Origin: Burkholderiales bacterium RIFOXYD12_FULL_59_19
Lineage (GTDB): Bacteria; Pseudomonadota; Gammaproteobacteria; Burkholderiales; Burkholderiaceae_C
Length of the DNA stretch: 64,000 bases
Direction of reading: 5' to 3'
NCBI GenBank assembly: GCA_001771065.1
Contig: MESQ01000034.1
Coordinates: forward strand, 7,990 to 71,989
Below are positions 58,436 through 64,000 of the stretch, in pieces (positions within the stretch are counted from its first letter, which is position 1; every line of letters begins with the position of its first letter). The notes beneath the pieces were generated by a model, which did not search any database, was not told the DNA's origin, and was given only the letters and a program-made list of their open reading frames with translations. The translations under genes were made by a program, and so were the position numbers.

Positions 58436-59193
58436 AGAGGCTATGTGCACCTCTTGACGGCGACTGCATCAGACTGTTGCCTTTGATTATTGTTGTCCTT
58501 TTGTGGCAGATTTCAGGCTATTACTCAGACAATAAAATCCTGCCGCAGCCAAGTGCCATCCTCAATCTATTGCAAAAGGAAACCTTTGAAGGCGACCTGA
58601 TGTTTCACCTGGGCATGACCTTGCGGCGTGTGGCCATCAGCTTTTTGGCGGCCATGATTCTTGGCATACTCATCGGCCTTGCGATGGGCATTTACGATGC
58701 CGTTGACAAGGCGCTTGACACCTTTCTGGTGATTGGTCTGAACATTCCGGCCCTGGTGATCATCATCATTTGTTATATCTGGTTTGGGCTGACAGAATAT
58801 GCGGCCATCATTGCCGTCACCATCAACAAAGTGCCCATGGTGGCGATCAGCTTGAGAGAAGGTGCGCGAGCCCTGGACAACAAGCTGTTTCAGGTGGCTC
58901 AGGTCTATCACTTGTCCAAGTTTGACATCATGACAAAAATTGTCCTGCCACAGCTATTGCCCTATATTTTTGGTGCCGTCAGAAATGGCCTGGCCATTAT
59001 CTGGAAAATTGTGCTGGTGGTTGAATTGCTCGGTTGCAGCAATGGCGTCGGGTTTCAAATTGGCGGGTACTTTCACTTCTTTGATATTTCCGGCGTGCTG
59101 GCTTATACCTTTGCCTTCATGCTGGTTGTGTTCGCCATTGAAGTGTTGGCCTTGAGGCCGATTGAGAAATATTTGCTCAGGTGGCGATCATGA
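58420..59193 (+). CDS. NitT/TauT-family ABC permease
   Basis: LP.P..I, H...TL.RV, NIPALV and EAA-loop-like EGARALD motifs. Confidence 0.85.
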   Translation: MWQTIKRLCAPLDGDCIRLLPLIIVVLLWQISGYYSDNKILPQPSAILNLLQKETFEGDLMFHLGMTLRRVAISFLAAMILGILIGLAMGIYDAVDKALDTFLVIGLNIPALVIIIICYIWFGLTEYAAIIAVTINKVPMVAISLREGARALDNKLFQVAQVYHLSKFDIMTKIVLPQLLPYIFGAVRNGLAIIWKIVLVVELLGCSNGVGFQIGGYFHFFDISGVLAYTFAFMLVVFAIEVLALRPIEKYLLRWRS

Positions 59194-59942
59194 GTTTCTT
59201 GAGCGTTGATATTCAAGACAAGACTTATCCAAACGAATGTGTCGCCATTCAGCAGCTTAAATTCTCGGCCCCCAAAGGAGAGTTCATCGCCATTGTGGGC
59301 CCATCTGGGGCCGGCAAATCGACCTTGTTGAATGTGATTGCAGGGCTTGACCCCCAATTTGCCGGGACTATCAGGTTTGGCAGCAGTGAGCTGGCTCAGT
59401 CAGGGGCCAAGCTCGGGTTTTTATTCCAGGAATGCCGTCTGATGCCCTGGTTGAGCGTACGACAAAATTTGCAGTTGGTGGTCAAACACACGCGCCCGAC
59501 ACCGCACACAAAAACCATTGACGAGTGGTTACAGTGTGTCGGCCTGCAAGGCTGCGGCGAGCTGTTTCCTGCCCAACTGTCTGGTGGCATGCAGCGGCGC
59601 GTGGCCTTGCTGCGTGCCTTCATTGTGAACCCCGACGTGTTATTGATGGACGAGCCTTTTCAGTCCCTGGACGCACCCACGGCCGCGCAACTCCGGCGAC
59701 TGCTGCATGAGCTTTGGCAAAACAGCGCGCCAACCGTGCTGTTTGTCACACACAACCTGCGTGAAGCCATTTCTGTGGCCAGCAGAATCCTGTTTTTATC
59801 GTCCCGGCCTTCAAAGGTGATCCTGGAATACCCATTGACAAGGCTAGCACCGTTGGACATTGAGAGCGACGACGTCGCAGCAGAGCACAAAAAAATTCTT
59901 GAGACCTACCCCAACCTGCTCGCGGGCCTGCATCTGGACTAA
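59190..59942 (+). CDS. NitT/TauT-family ABC ATP-binding protein
   Basis: GPSGAGKSTL, FQE.RLMPW, LSGGMQRR and LMDEPF motifs. ATGA overlap with the permease. Confidence 0.88.
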   Translation: MSFLSVDIQDKTYPNECVAIQQLKFSAPKGEFIAIVGPSGAGKSTLLNVIAGLDPQFAGTIRFGSSELAQSGAKLGFLFQECRLMPWLSVRQNLQLVVKHTRPTPHTKTIDEWLQCVGLQGCGELFPAQLSGGMQRRVALLRAFIVNPDVLLMDEPFQSLDAPTAAQLRRLLHELWQNSAPTVLFVTHNLREAISVASRILFLSSRPSKVILEYPLTRLAPLDIESDDVAAEHKKILETYPNLLAGLHLD

Positions 59943-59969
59943 GGGTGCAAGCAGCCTGATGACCTTGCC

Positions 59970-61001
59970 TCACGCGTCAAAGCCGGGCGTGGCGCGCCAC
60001 TGCCCGACCTTATCCACCACCAACACATCGACCGACCATGCTTTAGCCAACGCCATGGCGGACGCCATGCCTGCCACAAACATCACCTTGGTCAGCGCAT
60101 CGGCCAGCGTGCAGTTGTCGGCAGCCACGGTGACACTGGCGATCTCGGTGGGCGAATACCCGGTGCACGGATCAAAAATGTGATGGTTTGCCAAATCGGG
60201 GCTGAAATAGGTCTGGCTGTCAGCCGAGCTGGCCACACATCTGCCGCGCAATGCGATGTTCCTGATCATTTTTTGCACATCGCGCGGGTCTGCAATGCCC
60301 AAATGCCAGTCGCCGGGCGTCTGCGGCCGACCCAAGGAGGCCCATTCACCGGTGTTGATCAAGGCATGCTCAATGCCCATGGCACGCCAGTGCGCTTTGA
60401 CAAGGTCCGCCGCAAAACCCTGCGCAATGCCATTCAGCGTGATGGCCATGTGGGGCCGCGCAAAACGAATGTACTGTGGTCTGAGTTCAACAAACTGCCA
60501 GCCAGTGTGTCGCCTGGCGGCCGCCACCGCTGCAGGTGTTGGCAACAGGCCCGCCCTGTGAGCCTTGGAGAATACCGTCCAAAGGGGCTGCACCGTCACA
60601 TCAAAAGCACCCTGGCTTTTCTCGGAGATGGTTTTCGAAAGCGTCAGGATTCTGAGCAAGTCCGGGTGCGGCTGCGCCAGAAAACCTTGCCGATTGAGTT
60701 GACTCAAGGCGCTGTTCGGATTGAATAAACTCATTTGCGCTTCAACGTGGCGAATGTCTGCCACCGCCGTGTCTAGCGCCAACTGACCCAGGACCTTGTC
60801 TTGGTGGGCAACCTGCAAGGACAGGTTGCAGCCAAAGCCCAACAAGGGACGCTGCTGCCAGACCAGAGCGCCTGCGGTATCTGACGCGAGCGGGTAGGCC
60901 TGCACCACGGCCGACACGCCTTGGGCAGTCACAGCAGCCCCCAGGCCCAAAGATACTTGCAAAAACGTGCGTCTTTTCATGTCAATCACCTTGGCAGCCA
61001 T
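59970..61001 (-). CDS. apbE: FAD:protein FMN transferase (ApbE/NosX family), Tat-exported
   Basis: KRRTFLQ twin-arginine signal (alternative start 60980), FDVTVQPL, TLNGIAQG, HHIFDP.TG and ADAL motifs. Confidence 0.88.
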   Translation of the reverse strand: MAAKVIDMKRRTFLQVSLGLGAAVTAQGVSAVVQAYPLASDTAGALVWQQRPLLGFGCNLSLQVAHQDKVLGQLALDTAVADIRHVEAQMSLFNPNSALSQLNRQGFLAQPHPDLLRILTLSKTISEKSQGAFDVTVQPLWTVFSKAHRAGLLPTPAAVAAARRHTGWQFVELRPQYIRFARPHMAITLNGIAQGFAADLVKAHWRAMGIEHALINTGEWASLGRPQTPGDWHLGIADPRDVQKMIRNIALRGRCVASSADSQTYFSPDLANHHIFDPCTGYSPTEIASVTVAADNCTLADALTKVMFVAGMASAMALAKAWSVDVLVVDKVGQWRATPGFDA

Positions 61002-61005
61002 GGGT

Positions 61006-63150
61006 TCAACCGGCTTTCATCGATTGGATTGGAATCACGCCGTGTTGATGCTTGTTTTCCAGAATCCTGGGCACACACAAGGTGTCGCTCTGTTCAATGG
61101 CCACGCAATCGAGGCATTGAAAACACTCCACATAATCAATTGCCCCCGATTTTTCAATCGCCTGATAGCGGCAATCACTGGCGCAGCGCTGGCAGGGGGA
61201 GCCACACTCCACACGCCTTGGTAGCCATTTGTGCAATCGCAAACGCCCGAGCAAGGCCACGCCTGCGCCCAATGGGCACAGATAACGGCAAAAACTCTTG
61301 TACACCACCATATTGAGCAAAAGCAGCGCAGCCGCCCAGGTGACAAATGGCCACGACCTGTCAAACACCAGGGTGATGCTGGTCTTGAAGGGCTCGACTT
61401 CCACCAGGCGATCAGACCATGGCACGGAGACCAGTGCACTGACACATATCACCGCCAACACCATGTATTTCACAGACTTGAGCTTGCGGTCAGCGCGCAT
61501 TGAGACCGTCAGTTGCGGCATTTTCAGGAATCTCGCCGCATTGGCCAAAAACTCCTGCAAGGCCCCGAAAGGACACAACCAGCCACAAAATACGCCACGT
61601 CCCCAGACAAAGAAGGTCACCAGAACATAGGCCCACAGAATCACCGTCATGGGGTCATACATGAAAAAACCCAGACTCTGTTTTTCAACCAGTGCACGGA
61701 CAAAGCCTGTGATATTCACAATGGAAAGCTGGCCCTGCGCATACCAGCCAATGAACAACAGGGTAAAAAGCAAATAGCTCGTTCTGAACAGCGTCAGCCT
61801 TTGAGCCGTTCTGGTTAACCAGAATTGCTTCATCAAGGCCCAGGACAATACCACAAGCCCTGCCAGCAACAGGCCCAACTCGGCGGATCGATCAAACCAG
61901 ATGGAGTGCCAGGTCTTGTTGTCCGATTGCGCCGCCACGTAATACTTTTCTGGCAGTGTCGACACCACCAGCAAATCCTTGCCAACGCGTTCCCCGTACA
62001 TCTCACCTTTGCTGCGAATCACGCGCAAGTTGAACATCAGCGGTTGCGAGGGGTCCAGGCCCGCCGGCCCGATGACCCTGAGAATCTTCCATTCAGCGCC
62101 TTTGAAGAGCTCGGGCACCTTCAGCGGGGTATCCAGGTCAATGTCTAGGTCCCGCAGTTCCAGAGGCAAACTGCCCTGGTGCAGCGTGAGCCGGTTCGGC
62201 ACCGCGCCGCGTACAAAATCGTCGCCCAACATCGAGTAGCGCCCCTTGGCCATCACCAGCAAAGCACTGTCACCCGGTTCAAGGCGGCCCTGCAAATAGG
62301 CCCAGTCCTTGGGTGACAGCAGGTTGCGCCCGACAGTTGGCACATTCAACTGGGCCACCACCAGGGTTTCAAATTCAGCGCCGGGCGCCGCAGCACCCTC
62401 AGCATCGGTGTCAGCCACAGTGGTGCCAGCAAAGACGGCCTCCACATCCTGGTTACTGAAGACTTTGTGTATCAACAAATCTTCTTCCAGCAAGTTGTCC
62501 CAGCTCATCACTTCAAACATCTGGGGCTTGATGCGGGCGATCAGATCGGGGTCGCGGCCCTGGGCGTAACCCATCCTGGCACGTGCCACCTTGAGCGACG
62601 CAGACAACAGGCTCTGGTTCAAAATGCGCACCGACGCGGTCGCTTTAGCCACACCATGAATGTACACATTGGCATTGCCACCGTTATTTTTGCCAGCGCC
62701 AATCTTGATGTTTTGTTTCAGGGAAAGCCCTTTGTACTGCGCCACAAAACGAAACAACGGCTCCACACCCAAGCCATCAAGAAACACCGGTTCGTGCTGC
62801 GACAGCACCCGGACCTCCATGAACTCACCATTGGCATCGAGTGCAATCAGCAAGTTGAAAGGTGTGCCGGAAAACCCGGCTATCGGCGCCAGGTCAATCG
62901 ACTCGAACACATAACCGATCAGTGGGGTAGCCGTGGCATCCTGCTTGAACAATGGCCAAATCGGCAACTCGGTGTCTTTGTCGCCCACGATGATGGGTGA
63001 GGGAAAGGCCTGCAGCATGGACTCTTTGGTCATGACGCCTGCCTGTGCCGACAGGCTTGTGGCCATCGCCAGAACAAGCGCAAAAAGCCTCGCAAGCACA
63101 CACACAGACTGTTGAATCCATGTGTGATATTTTCGGCAAATGCTCATCAT
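61006..63150 (-). CDS. NosR/NirI-like membrane protein with periplasmic FMN-binding domain and 4Fe-4S clusters
   Basis: HEP FMN-bind region with GVAKATAS, TM bundle, FCGWLCPFGALQE, FCRYLCPLG and CxxCxxC ferredoxin motifs. Confidence 0.85.
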   Translation of the reverse strand: MMSICRKYHTWIQQSVCVLARLFALVLAMATSLSAQAGVMTKESMLQAFPSPIIVGDKDTELPIWPLFKQDATATPLIGYVFESIDLAPIAGFSGTPFNLLIALDANGEFMEVRVLSQHEPVFLDGLGVEPLFRFVAQYKGLSLKQNIKIGAGKNNGGNANVYIHGVAKATASVRILNQSLLSASLKVARARMGYAQGRDPDLIARIKPQMFEVMSWDNLLEEDLLIHKVFSNQDVEAVFAGTTVADTDAEGAAAPGAEFETLVVAQLNVPTVGRNLLSPKDWAYLQGRLEPGDSALLVMAKGRYSMLGDDFVRGAVPNRLTLHQGSLPLELRDLDIDLDTPLKVPELFKGAEWKILRVIGPAGLDPSQPLMFNLRVIRSKGEMYGERVGKDLLVVSTLPEKYYVAAQSDNKTWHSIWFDRSAELGLLLAGLVVLSWALMKQFWLTRTAQRLTLFRTSYLLFTLLFIGWYAQGQLSIVNITGFVRALVEKQSLGFFMYDPMTVILWAYVLVTFFVWGRGVFCGWLCPFGALQEFLANAARFLKMPQLTVSMRADRKLKSVKYMVLAVICVSALVSVPWSDRLVEVEPFKTSITLVFDRSWPFVTWAAALLLLNMVVYKSFCRYLCPLGAGVALLGRLRLHKWLPRRVECGSPCQRCASDCRYQAIEKSGAIDYVECFQCLDCVAIEQSDTLCVPRILENKHQHGVIPIQSMKAG

Positions 63151-63178
63151 GGCGACGCGGCCCCCATCGCTGAAGGGC

Positions 63179-64000
63179 TTACATGGGCATCACAAAACGC
63201 ACTCCCAGCGTCCAGTTTCTTCCAGGGGCCGGTTCATAAAACTGGGAACCTCCCTGATTGACGATGACCGAGCCCACGTAACGTTCATCGGTCAGGTTGT
63301 CGATGCGGGCGTAAGTGGTCAGGCGGCCGACACCCAGTGCCCAGACGTGGCTGGCTTTCAGATTCAACGTGGTGTAACCATCGGCAGAAGCCGTATTGGT
63401 GTCATTGGCATACAGACGCCCGGCCTGCGTCAGCTCGACGCCAGCCTGGCTGCCGGTCGCCGTGCCTTGGCGGCCGGAACCTGCGGGTTGTTGCGTCCAT
63501 AACAATTCCGAGAACAGGAAACTCTGCGGGATGCCAGGCAGCTTGTTGCCTTCCGCCACCGCTGTGGTGCCGCTCCGGAAGGCCTGTGAATACTCGGCAT
63601 TAATTTGTGAGGCCGCCAAGGTGGCGCGCAGGTGCGGGCTGAACTGCGAACTGCCCGACAACTCCCAACCGGTGCGGGTGGTCCCTGGCGCATTTCGAAA
63701 GGTGGAGCTACCACCGCTGCTGCTGGCCACCACAATTTCGTCGATTGTGTTGATCTTGAATACGGTGAAATCCACACGTGCCTGCGGGCTGGGTGCCCAC
63801 TTGGCCCCCAATTCGTAATGCTGACTGTTGGATGCATTGATGCTGGTGTTGAACGCCGGCACACCGGCACCGTTGTAAGCGACCTCGTTGAGGGTCGGCG
63901 TCTCAAAACCTTTGCCGTAGGTGGCAAACAGATTCAACGCGTCGGTGGCGTGGTAGGTCACGCCCAGCACCGGGCTAGTGTTCTGGAAAGTAGTGCTGCC
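63179..64000 (-). CDS. TonB-dependent receptor, YncD/PqqU-like (C-terminal part, runs off window)
   Basis: Frame open to the window edge. GFETPT.NE, and C-terminal DNL.D..YVGSVIVN.....YEP.PGRN motifs. Confidence 0.85.
   Translation of the reverse strand, partial: GSTTFQNTSPVLGVTYHATDALNLFATYGKGFETPTLNEVAYNGAGVPAFNTSINASNSQHYELGAKWAPSPQARVDFTVFKINTIDEIVVASSSGGSSTFRNAPGTTRTGWELSGSSQFSPHLRATLAASQINAEYSQAFRSGTTAVAEGNKLPGIPQSFLFSELLWTQQPAGSGRQGTATGSQAGVELTQAGRLYANDTNTASADGYTTLNLKASHVWALGVGRLTTYARIDNLTDERYVGSVIVNQGGSQFYEPAPGRNWTLGVRFVMPM

Noticed and set aside
1-64000. CRISPR arrays, rRNA genes, intact IS transposases
   Set aside because: No regularly spaced repeats, rRNA-like sequence or transposase ORFs were seen.

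Overview
Chromosomal segment of a GC-rich betaproteobacterium. Gene order and protein features point to Comamonadaceae, Rhodoferax-like (inference). Layout: (1) 1-6507 core genes recJ, PHP, DMT, YciO/Sua5, site-2 protease, trpS and tRNA-Ser(CGA). (2) About 6508-17450 is a decayed, composite genomic island downstream of the tRNA. It holds remnants of an ICE/phage-like leading region, a dyad-rich att-like terminus, a doubly truncated large serine recombinase module and vapBC. Its best candidate for an undescribed system is an intact, AT-richer six-gene cassette (9525-15477): a translationally coupled operon MazG-like NTP pyrophosphatase > HIT-like hydrolase > membrane-anchored unknown protein > SAMHD1-like HD phosphohydrolase > alpha-class SPPY DNA methyltransferase, facing a second M.MvaI-like SPPY methyltransferase, with no recognisable restriction nuclease. 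(3) 17478-46715 housekeeping: thyA-EamA-folA-xth, ntrC/ntrB/glnA, ackA/MaoC-pta, ompA, gyrA-serC-pheA-tyrA-aroA/cmk-rpsA-ihfB-lapAB-rfaE1-rfaD, crcB. (4) 46765-64000 is a sigma54-controlled PQQ alcohol oxidation cluster. It encodes a dehydrogenase with the lanthanide-type DYD motif, three c-type cytochromes, two ABC systems, an ApbE/NosR-like flavinylation module and the 3' part of a YncD/PqqU-like TonB receptor. All family calls come from motif recognition by eye; no database searches were run.
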